Part shown: in pieces, positions 1-10,237 of the stretch
Position numbering within the stretch: position 1 is the stretch's first letter
Layout of the letters: every line of letters begins with the position of its first letter
DNA from: Amoeboradix gromovi X-113
Taxonomy: Eukaryota > Fungi > Sanchytriomycota
Length of the DNA: 26,956 bases
Direction: 5' to 3'
NCBI GenBank assembly: GCA_018985225.1
Contig: JADGIF010000051.1
Span: 1 to 26,956, forward strand
Made by a program: the position numbers and the translations under genes
The notes under the pieces: model-generated
Told to the model about the DNA's origin: nothing
The model's database searches: none
What the model saw: only the letters and a program-made list of their open reading frames with translations

Positions 1-13
1 TATTAGAAAAATC

Positions 14-90
14 TGGAAAAGTGTTGAAATGATACAAAAATATATACAAATTCGCGATAAATGATTTGTTCAAGAAAATAGTCAAACTGC
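14..90 (-). repeat. Dispersed copy of the putative left end of the IS607/Fanzor2-type element (may continue beyond window start)
   Basis: 44-67 (atacaaattcgcgataaatgattt) is identical to 10702-10725. Looser similarity extends over about 14-90 vs 10672-10747 and ends at ...ctgc in both. Confidence 0.6.
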
Positions 91-114
91 AGGGGTAAAA
101 CATTTGTTTTTGAA

Positions 115-591
115 ATGCAAAATGCTAATCCAATCATTCAAGATATTGTGGAGAAGAAAAGAGATTTCAATTACGATGAGGCAATAATAGATACTATTGA
201 TGAGGAGGAAATATATGATTTGATAAAAGGAATAAATGACCCAGAACATCCGTTGAATTTGGAACAATTAAAAGTAGTTTGCAAATCAGATGTGCACATA
301 GACAATACTGAAATAATAGAAGGAATGCAATGCTGCTTAATTAAAATTTTGATAACACCGACTATACCACATTGCTCAATGGCTACTTTAATTGGCTTAA
401 GTATAAGGGTGAAATTGATGTTTAGTTTACCTGATAGATACAAGACGAATATAATTATTAAACCAGGCTCACATCAGAATGAATTTCAGATTAATAGACA
501 ACTAAATGATAAGGAAAGGGTGTGTGCTGCCTTGGAAAATTCTAACTTGATAGAGGTTGTGAACGAATGTATTCGTCCATCTGTTTTGTAA
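115..591 (+). CDS. CIA2: Cytosolic Fe-S cluster assembly protein CIA2/FAM96B/MIP18
   Basis: INDPEHPLNLEQL, TPTIPHCSMATLIGL and NRQLNDKERVCAALEN are the family signature motifs; 158 aa. Confidence 0.95.
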   Translation: MQNANPIIQDIVEKKRDFNYDEAIIDTIDEEEIYDLIKGINDPEHPLNLEQLKVVCKSDVHIDNTEIIEGMQCCLIKILITPTIPHCSMATLIGLSIRVKLMFSLPDRYKTNIIIKPGSHQNEFQINRQLNDKERVCAALENSNLIEVVNECIRPSVL

Positions 592-782
592 TAAATTTTA
601 TTCTTATTTAATTATCGTAGTCCTTTGATATGCTATGAAAATTCCTTATTCAAGTTTCTGAGAACAAGCCACAGTCAGATGATATCTGTGCACCTGTCAG
701 CTGATGCTTGGCAACGAATCAAAAGTAGTCTTACTAGTATAAAAGAAAATCTTGGCGCTTGACAGCGCGAGCCAATTTGTAC

Positions 783-3669
783 ATGTCTGAACAAGATAAA
801 GGTGAAAACATCAAAAGTAAGGCATCAAACACGTTAAAACATGCTGGTGAGAAACTAAAGACCAGCGCTACCAACTCCAAAGTGGGAACGATGGGAAAAA
901 CATTGAACAAGAACAAGAAAGAGGAGCCACCTGTTGACCTATCTTTATTGGACGCAAGCAAGATTACAATCATCGAAAGAAAGCACAAAAACCGAACTTA
1001 TATGTTTGCAGTTGAAGAAGATGCGCAATTCTTTGATCAGCTTGTTGCAGAGTCCGCTACTATGCCGTGGGAAAAGTTGTTGGACAAGTACTATACTAAC
1101 GACTGTCCAAACAAGAGATTAGATGCAATCGTTAACTCTCTTTATGAGGATAGAAACCCTGACTGGATTTTTCAGCTAAATGACCCAAGTGTTGTCGAAG
1201 GCCCATCAAAGGTAGCCAAACTAAAGCAAAAGGCAAAAATTAAGGTGAAGGAACAGAGCGAGGACCAAAAGGCAATTAAAGCTCATGCTGTCCATGAATT
1301 ACTAAAAGTTCTGTTACTAGAAGAATTAATAGTGGTTCAAGAGGAGCTTTACTGGTTTGTTTACACTCCTTTTGATAAGCTGTGCAGCGAAGCGCAGGAA
1401 ATGCAACTACGACTAGATTTAGACTTCGATACTTGGAAAGAACTTTACGAGAAAGCCAAAAAACAAGCCACAGCGGAGATTCTCGAAGCTGATAAGAAGG
1501 AAAAATCTAAAGGGCTTTATTCCAACATGAAGGTTGTTGCTAGAAACATTGGAACAGATGTTAAGGATGATGTAGGAAAATATTTAAACGGTGTTATGTC
1601 CCATTTTACCGAAGTTCGAGTGCAAGACTACGGAATGTCTGCAAAGTTTATTAAAAACAAAATCTATGATTTCCAGGGTGGCCGTAAACCAGGCTCTGCT
1701 GCTTCTGACGACATTGCGGAAGACAAATCCACGTTGTCAAGAACTTTTTTCAAGAACTCTCAGCGTATCCTGATAACGAACAATGTTATCGGTAAAATGC
1801 ACATTCGCAACTATCCAAAACCAGGATTAAAGTCAACTTTACAGAAATTAATGCTTGACAAAGTCATATCTGACAGCATGGTCATGCATGATTTGAATTG
1901 TAAAGAAGAAAATGACAAATTCCGCGAAGGAGTTACAAAAAGAATCTTGCACAAACGTTGGGCTGGTTTGACTCAGATGTTTAGAGTACAGCCGTACAAT
2001 CATATTAGAGATTACTTTGGAGAGCAGATTGCACTTTACTTTGCCTTTATGGGCTTTTATATGAAGTGGCTGCTCTTCCCAGTGTTATTTGGTCTTATTT
2101 CGGTGTTTGTTGGTTTAGGAGAACAGGCGAACTTACCAGAAGAGAAGAGACTAGGTGGGTTTGCTATCTTTGACAACAGATTTACGATGGCCTATGCTGT
2201 GTTAATGGGTTTATGGTCAACTACATTTTTAGAATTCTGGAAGAGAAGACAGAACTTTTTAGCTTTTGAATGGAAAACTTGGGAATGTGAAGATGTTGAG
2301 ATAGAAAGACCGGAGTGGATTGCCACAAAAGTTGAATTCAGTACAATGACATGGAAGCTAGAAAAATCCTATCCAGGTATTTCTTTTTAACGTAGAAGGT
2401 TGGCAAAAATTTCAAATTGCAAGTCACATGCTTTTTGTGTTTATTTTGATTCTCATCGTAGTATTTGTTTACGTTATCATCTTTACGATCAAACCTAAAA
2501 TTAAGAACTTAGGAGCTGGAATTCCAATTATTATGGGTATTTTGAACATGGTAGTTATCACAATCATGACAAAGATATACACTGGAATAAGTTTAAAATT
2601 TAACCAAATGGAAAACTACAAAACTGACACCGTATTTCAGGATTCTTTAATTATGAAAAGGTACGTGTTCAAGTTTATCACCACTTACTCCGCAATCTTA
2701 TTCGTGGGATTTTTTAAAGATGATGCCTTACCAGTGATTGCTAAGGATTGGTATGGTTTCGATTATAGAACGGAAGAAGGCGGATACCAAGCTGTTCACT
2801 GTCTTGGCTTCTCTTGTTTCCAAGAGATGGCTTTGCAACTGTGCATCGTATTAGGGGTCTCACAATTGATTTCTGCTTTAACTCAGATAATTCTTCCAAA
2901 GATTGCAAATGCCCGTATCAAATCAAAGGCGAAGAAAGCTGGAGATGCTATCAAATCTTTAGACTATGAAGATGTTGACGAAACACAATTTACTGTCATT
3001 CAGAGAGTTAAGATTCAACAAGGATTAAGTCCGTACGAGTTTGACGAATATGAAGTTAAAATACTCCAATTTGGTTTTGTAGTGTTATTCGGCGCAGCCT
3101 TACCGATTGCTCCAGTTTTTGCCCTGATTGTAAATCTTCTAGAAACCAGAACTGATGCCATGAAAATTATGACTGAATTTAGGCGTTCCGTGCCTGTTCG
3201 CGCAAAAGATTTGGGAAGCTGGTATACAATTCTAAGTGCTGTCAGTACATTGTCAATAGTCATAAATGCTTTTTTGATCGGATTCCAAACCAGTGACTTC
3301 CAAAGCATCAGCAAGAACGATTATGACGATATCGGAAAGCTGTGCAATGGACCAGATGGATTCGAAAAATGCGGCTACGTTGTAGCAGACAAATATCCAG
3401 GATATGATGGTTCAGAAACTGGATTTATGAAAATACAATACGAGGCATTACAAAAACGATTTATTTATATAATCGTTTTTGAGCACTTAGTGTTAGCTGC
3501 AAAGTTGCTATTAGCAGCTGCCATTCCAGATATGCCTGCTAGCGTTGCAAACGGAATGGGACGAGAAGCCTATCAAAATGAAAAGAGATTAGTAGGTTCA
3601 GATTTTGAGGAGACAATCCTTAGCGTTGATGATATCCTCGAAGTTAGAAACAACAAGAAGATGCATTAA
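783..3669 (+). CDS. Anoctamin/TMEM16 Ca2+-activated channel/scramblase; exons 783-2376 and 2396-3669 (955 aa)
   Basis: QPYNHIRDYFGEQIALYFAFMGFY, WSTTFLEFWKRRQ, LQFGFVVLFGAALPIAP, ETRTDAMK, DLGSW, FEH and IPDMP motifs. Removing the 19-nt intron 2377-2395 joins the two ORFs in frame. First in-frame ATG is at 783. Confidence 0.92.
2377..2395 (+). other. 19-nt spliceosomal intron GTATTTCTTTTTAACGTAG (an alternative AG at 2397-2398 would give 22 nt)
   Basis: GT..AG ends, contains the in-frame TAA, and removal restores the anoctamin frame. Confidence 0.8.
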
Positions 3670-3697
3670 AGTAAATATTGTATTTATTATAAAAATC

Positions 3698-3750
3698 GAC
3701 CTCTTTGAAACCGTTTGGCATTTAAAATGCCAAACGGTTTCAAAGAGGTC
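3698..3750. repeat. 53-bp palindrome (26-bp perfect arms, 1-nt centre)
   Basis: gacctctttgaaaccgtttggcattt-a-aaatgccaaacggtttcaaagaggtc; aaaaat occurs on both sides (3691-3696, 3751-3756). Confidence 0.95.
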
Positions 3751-3787
3751 AAAAATTGCTTATTGTTGAGCCATCTTACGCGAGAGA

Positions 3788-4036
3788 ATGTTTTTGATTT
3801 CCCACATACACGCTGCAGACTCTTATGAGAATAAAACAGAACCTGACAGTGCGTTGTACCTTGAGAACGCTAAAATTTTGTTGATATTTGGATTTCTAGG
3901 AGTGCTACTGTTTTTGGGACTGGCAATCTACAGATCTCAAAAAGGAAAGAAAGAAACTGTAATCACTATCAAGAGCCCAACACTAAGCGCGGAAGCTGGA
4001 AGCCCCTATCGAAGAACGACTTTTTCACAAAAATAA
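3788..4036 (+). CDS. Small single-pass membrane protein, unknown function (82 aa)
   Basis: One hydrophobic helix (ILLIFGFLGVLLFLGLAIY) followed by basic RSQKGKK. AATAAA overlaps the stop, as in neighbouring genes. Confidence 0.55.
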   Translation: MFLISHIHAADSYENKTEPDSALYLENAKILLIFGFLGVLLFLGLAIYRSQKGKKETVITIKSPTLSAEAGSPYRRTTFSQK

Positions 4037-4299
4037 ACACTTAAGAAATCAAATCTAAGCACTAGACCGAGCATTTTTGAACCAATAGCTTTCAAAAGAT
4101 TAAAAATGATAAATTCATATGTGATGAAATACGAGTACTTCTGTAAACGCTAGTTTGTCCAGGTTTACGGGAAGTATCCTTTATATTGCGTGTTACCTTT
4201 AAGTGTTTTTTCTAATATAACCAAGACTGCCAGATGCTTTATAGTTTCTTTTTATCAAAATAGATCTACATAATCAATTTCGGTGAAATTTTAGGTCAA

Positions 4300-6178
4300 A
4301 TGTGTTTTATATTTAGGCCAAGAATGTCAGAGCAAGTACCGGTTTATCTTCATTCTAAAAAAGTCAAAGACATTCCATTTTGCCTGCTATTCATTTTGAT
4401 GATAATATCTCAATTTTTTGTAGCCTATTTAGGAATAAGAGATGGAAACTTAGAGTATCTTACTAAGCCTTATGACTCTAATCATAATTTGTGTGGGGTA
4501 AATTACAACAATGGAACCGACTATTCTTCCAAGCCATACTTGTACTTTATTGATCCTCAAAAAGTTGTTAATGGTAATTCTAAATCTGTATGTGTAAATA
4601 AATGTCCTGTGAACATAACTTCAAATGCTAGAATTGAGAACTCCATATGCATTGAAGGAGTAACTAAATCCACAGATCCTACAAAATGGAAGGATCAGGT
4701 AGATGCTGGTAATTGCACTGCAATCATATATGATTCCAAAGTTGTTCTAAATAGATGTGTTCCATTGCCTAGTACTGTATCAAAGACAGGTTTTGACAAA
4801 AGCGGTGTACTCAACAGCGGAACATCCGATCTGCAGATTATATTCTCAGACGTTATTACATCTTATCAGTATATTTTAATCGCTCTGGCATTTAGTGTCT
4901 TGGTAGCATTTTTGTATTTGATTTTGCTTAATTATCTTACAGCAATTATGACATGGATATCTATAGTTTTAGGTCAATTGATCTTGATTGGAATTGCAGT
5001 TTATGCATATTTTGAATACGAAGACAGAATGAATTCTTTGGCTGTTGAGACTTCATCCCAGCTGATTTGGGAATCCAGGATGACACTTGCAGCTTGCATA
5101 GTCTTTGGTGTACTTGCACTTCTCTACTCTATTGTATTGATGTTTCTTAGAAAAAGAATAAATGTTGCAACTGAAATTATCATTGAAGCCTCAGAAGCTG
5201 TTAGGGCAATGAAATCCTTATTTTGCTTACCGCTATTTACTGGAGTTTTGCAAGCAATAGTTGTAGGATACTTTTTCATTGTAGCCGCTCTTTTAATTAG
5301 CACTGACCGTGTGCCTGGCGCAAAATTATTAAATCAACAAGTATATTGGTACTTGCAATGGTACAACTTATTCGGATTGCTATGGGGAATCTCATTTGTA
5401 TATGGGTTCCATCAAACAGTTATATCAGGAGCCGTTGCTTCATGGTATTGGGCGTTGAATAAAAAGAATTTAACCAGCAGCCCTGTATTTCATTCCCTGA
5501 TGAATGTGGTCAAGTACTCTCTCGGCAGTGTCGCGTTAGGCTCTCTAGTACTTGCAATCGTTAGATTTTTAAGGGCAATCTTGATTTATTCCCAAAGAGC
5601 AGCCAAGGCTCAAAAAAACAAGCTTTTAGCCAAAGTTCTTGGTTGTTTAGCCTGCTGCTTGTCATGTATAGAGGGACTCGTCAAGTTTATGAATAAAAAC
5701 ACCTACGTTGTTGTTGGTATTTATGGTACTTCTTTTTGCAAATCTGCCAAAACTGCTTTTGGCTTGTTATCCAGAAACGCCGCCAGAATGATTGCTATTA
5801 ATGCTGTCTCTGGATTCATTATATTTGTCGGAAAAATATTTGTTTCGCTGTTAACCACCGGTTTGGGTTACTACTTCTTAAGAGCATTGGACAAAAATGG
5901 CACTATCACGTTAACGTTTCCGTTGATTCCTGCACTTTTAATTTTATTGTTCTCTTATGTGCTATCTGGTGTGTTTTTTGATATTGTTGACATGGCAATT
6001 GGTATTTCTTGCTAATTTAGACACAATTTTTATTTCTTTTTGCGACGATATCGAAAGAAATGATGGTACTGCAGATCATCCATACTTCATGTCTTCTAGA
6101 CTAAGAAAGATTACTGGTGTAGACAATAAAGTCGAATCTGTTAAGCAGGCTCAGATTCCTAATGAAATCAATGAATAA
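4300..6178 (+). CDS. Choline transporter-like protein (CTL/SLC44 family); exons 4300-6001 and 6021-6178 (619 aa; alternative start 4324)
   Basis: PYDSNHNLCG, SVCVNKCP, VLNRCVP, YSLGSVALGSL, FMNKNTY and YGTSFCKSAK motifs. Splicing recreates the conserved MAIDTIFISFCDDIERNDG. Confidence 0.92.
6002..6020 (+). other. 19-nt spliceosomal intron GTATTTCTTGCTAATTTAG
   Basis: GT..AG ends with CTAAT branch-like site; removal gives G|AC = Asp of the conserved IDT motif. Confidence 0.9.
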
Positions 6179-6435
6179 ATAAAACACTGATGCTAATTGC
6201 CAAACTGTTTATTTTGAAAATTTAATTAATTCGCGTGTTTATTAACTCTCATTGTCTAAGTGTGCATGTTTCGAGCTCCAAGCTCTAAGACATCCTATGA
6301 AATTAGTGCTAGAATGCGTTCCGATTGAGCTGTGAATTTACGTGTCATTGCGATTGGGTTGAAGACAATTTGTTACAATCCAATCAAAACGCGACTTTAT
6401 AAAAATATAAAGAGCCAAACCCCTTTGTGAAAGTA

Positions 6436-7369
6436 ATGATTTTTATTACAACAGCTGTAGCACAGGTAGCTCACAATCCGGAATTCAATTATGATTATGA
6501 TAGAAGCCATTCACTGTATGCACCGTATACTGAGTTGGAGTTGAACAGCAATTACTGGGATTTTGGACAAGATGCAGTAATATTTACACAAAGCGGTGTA
6601 CGTTTAACTCCGGATATGCAAAGCAGAAGAGGATGGCTGTGGTCTAAAACACAAATCTCTGGATCATTTGAGATGGATATGGAATTTAAAATACATGGTA
6701 AGAACACTGGTTTAGCTGGAGATGGGATGGCTCTTTGGTTTGTTGAAGACAAGTTTACGAACGGTGAGGCTATTGGATTCAAATCTTCTTGGAATGGTAT
6801 TGGGGTAATTTTGGACACATATAACAATGGTAGGAATGGAGACTTGTTTAGGCCGCATTATGTCCAGGCAGTTTACAATGACAAAACCAAGTACTACAAT
6901 AAAGACACGGATGGCGTCGAAATGTCAATAGGTGGTTGTCCAAGAGGACTACGAAATAAGGAGAAATCTACTCGGCTAAGAGTTGTTTACATTGAAAACA
7001 AGAAATTTCAAGTTTTTTTAAATGAAGACTCATGGGCAGATTGGAAATTATGCTTTGAAAAAGACTTATCTGATATAAAAATGCCAAAAGAGCTACATTT
7101 TGGATTCACAGCTGAAACTGGTGGACTAACTGACAACCATGATGTTGTCGGTATAAACACTAACAAAATCACACCAAAGGTAAACTTTACTTATTTAGTC
7201 TGGTGCCCAATTTCTTAATGAACCTAGAAATGCTTACAATCCAATTAAGGATGAGTCCTCTCTTTTGTGGTCATCATTGCGAATGGTTTTATTCGTTTTG
7301 CTAATTTTTGTCATCGTTGTGGCTTATAGATCGTTTTCGAGCAGGGTGAGCAATTCAAAGAGATTTTAA
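6436..7369 (+). CDS. L-type lectin cargo receptor, VIP36/LMAN2-like; exons 6436-7179 and 7199-7369 (304 aa)
   Basis: WDFG, VRLTPDMQSRRGWLWS, GDGMALW, GVILDTYNN and FGFTAETGGLTDNHDV motifs. The spliced exon 2 supplies the TM helix (MVLFVLLIFVIVVAY) and the C-terminal SKRF sorting motif. Confidence 0.9.
7180..7198 (+). other. 19-nt spliceosomal intron GTAAACTTTACTTATTTAG
   Basis: GT..AG ends; removal adds the expected TM and KRF tail in frame. Confidence 0.88.
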
Positions 7370-7489
7370 TAATAAAAATAATAAAAAGTAGGGTTCAACA
7401 TTACTGATCAGTCTTGCTTATCCAGTCAACTAGGGATCTTCTTGTACGTTACTTCCAAAGTTTGTTTCTGGGTCTTACAAGTATCATAT

Positions 7490-7756
7490 GGGACACCAGA
7501 TATAAAAACTAGACTAACTCGTTTTTAAAGGTGCTCCATACGCAGGAAACGCTATCATTAATAAAAGATCTTCTATCTGTACAGAACATTTATTTTTGAA
7601 ATTTCGATACAAAAAGTTATTTATTTTCCTTTTATACTCGTCAACTCCGCAACTAGCTGAATGTCCACTCGTCTCTTGAATCCATAAAGTAATAAAGCTG
7701 AAATAATAGTCCGAGTTGTTACAGAAAGTTAGTCCAGTTTTTATATTTGATGTCCC
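7490..7756 (+). mobile_element. MITE copy 1 (267 bp) with 30-bp TIRs GGGACAYCARATATAAAAACTRGACTAACT
   Basis: TIRs match at 27/30; flanked by ATAT on both sides; the interior matches copy 2 in reverse complement. Confidence 0.85.
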
Positions 7757-8046
7757 ATATGCAGTTTAGATTTTCACCTTTCGCAAAATTCAAATGCGCA
7801 TGCCCTAAGGCCACAAAAAAAGGTTTAAACTGAAAACCCATCAGCCGAGATACTTAATCTATGAAGGTGTTAATTTATATATTCATAGTAGCGTCGTTGA
7901 TTAGCAGCACTATATCATAGTCTTCAGCAAATCATAGTTTCAAGAACCATGCACATAAGATCTGCATTGCCGATAATGCAGCTTTTTATGTCTTTTGAAG
8001 TTGTAACATTTAATTTTCCAAAGTACTCTTAGAACTTTAGTCTGCA

Positions 8047-8092
8047 CAGCTATTGAATTTTGTGAAATAAATCATTGATCGAGAATCTATAT
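8047..8092 (+). repeat. Degenerate copy of the putative IS607/Fanzor left end, truncated at MITE copy 2
   Basis: aataaatcattgatcgagaatctatat vs the reverse complement of the 10702-10728 region, aataaatcatttatcgcgaatttgtat. Confidence 0.5.
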
Positions 8093-8588
8093 GGGACATC
8101 AAATATAAAAACTGGACTAACTTTCATTATTTCAGCTTTATTACTTTATGGATTTAAGAGGCGAGTGGACATTCAGCTAGTTGCGGAGTTGACGAGTATA
8201 AAAGGAAAATAAATAACATTTTGTATCGAAATTTCAAAAATAAATGTTCTGTACAGCTATTCTCTTACTCTTTCATCCAATCCCTATTTCAAATAAAATA
8301 TCACTACTACTCTGTAAAAACTAGAATAGATAAGAGTAATGATGTTAGTATAACATTACAAAATGATTCTAGAAAAGAGTACCGTCTAAGAAATGCACCT
8401 TTTGCTTAGATGCTCAAAGACTTCACATATTTGAACGAGATGCAGGGTCTTCTAGTTTTATTTTGAAGAGGGGATACAATCAATGAAAGAAAATTGGTAT
8501 GATAGAAGATCTTTTATTAATGATAGCATTTCCTCTGTATGGTGCACCTTTAAAAACAAGTTAGTCTAGTTTTTACATTTGGTGTCCC
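8093..8588 (-). mobile_element. MITE copy 2 (496 bp), inverted relative to copy 1
   Basis: Same TIRs. Equals copy 1 plus a 245-bp internal segment (about 8257-8501) and minus 16 bp. No matching TSD (AT / AA). Confidence 0.85.
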
Positions 8589-8639
8589 AAGGAGTCTAAA
8601 AGTCTACTCTCCAAGTTGTAGGGTGAAACTTTAAATTCC

Positions 8640-9071
8640 ATGACCTACTTTTCTACCCAAATTGAACAACTCAGAAGCGGCAACTTTCGTGCTATAGGTA
8701 ATACTACGGGATCGATGGGGCTATTCTTTGGGGTCATAGGAATGATATTGAACTTCATCTTTTTCGGCATTGGAGCTGCAATAGTGGGTTTAATTATCAT
8801 CTCTATTACCTTAATGGTAGAGTACCCATTGCTAAAGAATTTCTGTCCTGGCACTTGCGGCAAACTTGCAGATTTTCTGAAAAATAATATTCTGCGTGCC
8901 TTTTGGTACATTGTTTGCGGTATCATTTTCTTTGCTATACTTGGTATTAGTAGTGTCGTCGGCTACGTGTTTTACGTTATAGCAGGTATATTTGATATTT
9001 TGGCAGGTATATTTTATATAGTTGCTCAATTGAAGGGCCAGAACCAAAATACTCAAGCCGGTATAGTTTAA
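8640..9071 (+). CDS. TVP18: Golgi membrane protein TVP18-like
   Basis: N-terminal QLRSGNF, VEYPLLKNFCP and NILRAFWY resemble the Tvp18 motifs LKSxNF, IEIPFLLKICP and NxxRxxxY; about 4 TM helices. Confidence 0.7.
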   Translation: MTYFSTQIEQLRSGNFRAIGNTTGSMGLFFGVIGMILNFIFFGIGAAIVGLIIISITLMVEYPLLKNFCPGTCGKLADFLKNNILRAFWYIVCGIIFFAILGISSVVGYVFYVIAGIFDILAGIFYIVAQLKGQNQNTQAGIV

Positions 9072-9097
9072 AATAAATTTTTTTATTAAATAATGAT

Positions 9098-9880
9098 CTA
9101 CTCTATCTTTAGTCTTTTCCTGCTGCTACTCACCGCTCTTTCCAGAGATTCGATTTTGTCAAAGCAATTTACCTTTGGCCGCGTTACTACGCTAGTTACT
9201 CTGGTCAAATTAGTGAGAGATGGTATAAATGATGCGTTGAGATCTGTATCTTGTGAATATACAGGATCTTGTGGTGAAATACCCCCGAATGAACTAAAAC
9301 TGAATTCTGTTTGTTTAGAAACTTCGCCGAATATCTTCGTGGTAGCAGACTTGTCAGAGGTTTTGCCGTGTTGTAACTCAAGTCCACTAACAGACACCGT
9401 GTCTATGTTCACCAAATATTCCTCTTGAGATGTTGGAATATATCCTGTGTCAAAGCTTGGGCTCATCTCAACCATTAGGTAGTCTAATTTATTCTGGGAT
9501 TCCTGTGGTTCTAATGCACTCAATATTTTAGTAAACTTTTCATCATATATTGCATCTAATTCTCTATTAGCGCCTTTAAATGAATTTGCAAAGGGCAGAT
9601 TTAATTCAAAAAAGTCACGAACACCATTCTTGTAGTCGTACAATTTACAATGCAAATCGATGGTCTGTTTTTGTATCAACTCGCATTTGTAAATGAACAA
9701 CCTGGGCTCCTCATTTATGATTTTCAGTTCGAAATCTCTTACCGTATAAAATCCATCTTCTATATCACTTGTATAGCAGTAGCTTTTATTATCGTATGCA
9801 CGGTTCTGCTTGATCATTATTCTGCACGAAAATGTATGCCTCTTATTTGGGTTCAATAGCACGAATAATGGTCTTAACAT
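9098..9880 (-). CDS. Hypothetical protein (260 aa); possible TPP1/Est3/Tpz1-like N-terminal OB fold
   Basis: ATG-initiated ORF filling the gap between TVP18 and CMC1, with AATAAA after the stop. The OB-fold similarity is by eye only. Confidence 0.6.
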   Translation of the reverse strand: MLRPLFVLLNPNKRHTFSCRIMIKQNRAYDNKSYCYTSDIEDGFYTVRDFELKIINEEPRLFIYKCELIQKQTIDLHCKLYDYKNGVRDFFELNLPFANSFKGANRELDAIYDEKFTKILSALEPQESQNKLDYLMVEMSPSFDTGYIPTSQEEYLVNIDTVSVSGLELQHGKTSDKSATTKIFGEVSKQTEFSFSSFGGISPQDPVYSQDTDLNASFIPSLTNLTRVTSVVTRPKVNCFDKIESLERAVSSSRKRLKIE

Positions 9881-9906
9881 TGACTCCTGAGGTCACAGCA
9901 AGCAAA

Positions 9907-10140
9907 TCATTTTTTAATATTTTTACTAAATTCCAGCATGGCATAATATATCGTCTTCTCGTTATTATACATCTCCAAACAGGTATTCATCTCTTTGAAT
10001 TCTTTCCCACAAGCAGTTTTAATGTCAAAGTACTTGTTCTTCGTGCAGTCTACAAATGCTGTCATATATATATCGCATTTCTTGTATGCTTCCTTTCTTA
10101 TAGTTTGTCTGACATGTTCTTCCTGTCGATGACTCAACAT
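9907..10140 (-). CDS. CMC1: Twin CX9C cytochrome c oxidase assembly protein Cmc1
   Basis: LSHRQEEHVR...EAYKKC-x9-C...C-x9-C pattern; 77 aa. Confidence 0.8.
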   Translation of the reverse strand: MLSHRQEEHVRQTIRKEAYKKCDIYMTAFVDCTKNKYFDIKTACGKEFKEMNTCLEMYNNEKTIYYAMLEFSKNIKK

Positions 10141-10237
10141 TAAAACAAGGATAAAGTAGAAGTTTGTCCTTTAAATCTGGCACCCCATATTTTATCACTG
10201 CAAATGGCTGAAAAATTCACGTATTGGTATTCTCTAC

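Noticed and set aside
759-3669. Split ORFs (anoctamin, CTL, lectin, TMC) as pseudogenes, programmed frameshifts or stop-codon reassignment
   Set aside because: Each break is explained by a GT-AG micro-intron with a shared consensus, and TAA/TAG/TGA end other genes at expected positions.
6352-6385. 10-bp hairpin gattgggttg/caatccaatc upstream of the lectin gene
   Set aside because: Short and equally explained by opposed CCAAT-like boxes; no ncRNA hallmarks.
7861-7998. Signal-peptide-like MKVLIYIFIVASLISSTIS between the MITEs
   Set aside because: Stops after 19 codons; such hydrophobic runs arise by chance in AT-rich DNA.
8221-8409. 62-aa ORF inside MITE copy 2 as a transposase
   Set aside because: No ATG start and no DDE motif. 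A nearby AQRLHIFER resembles Harbinger-type RxHVER but is too weak to call.
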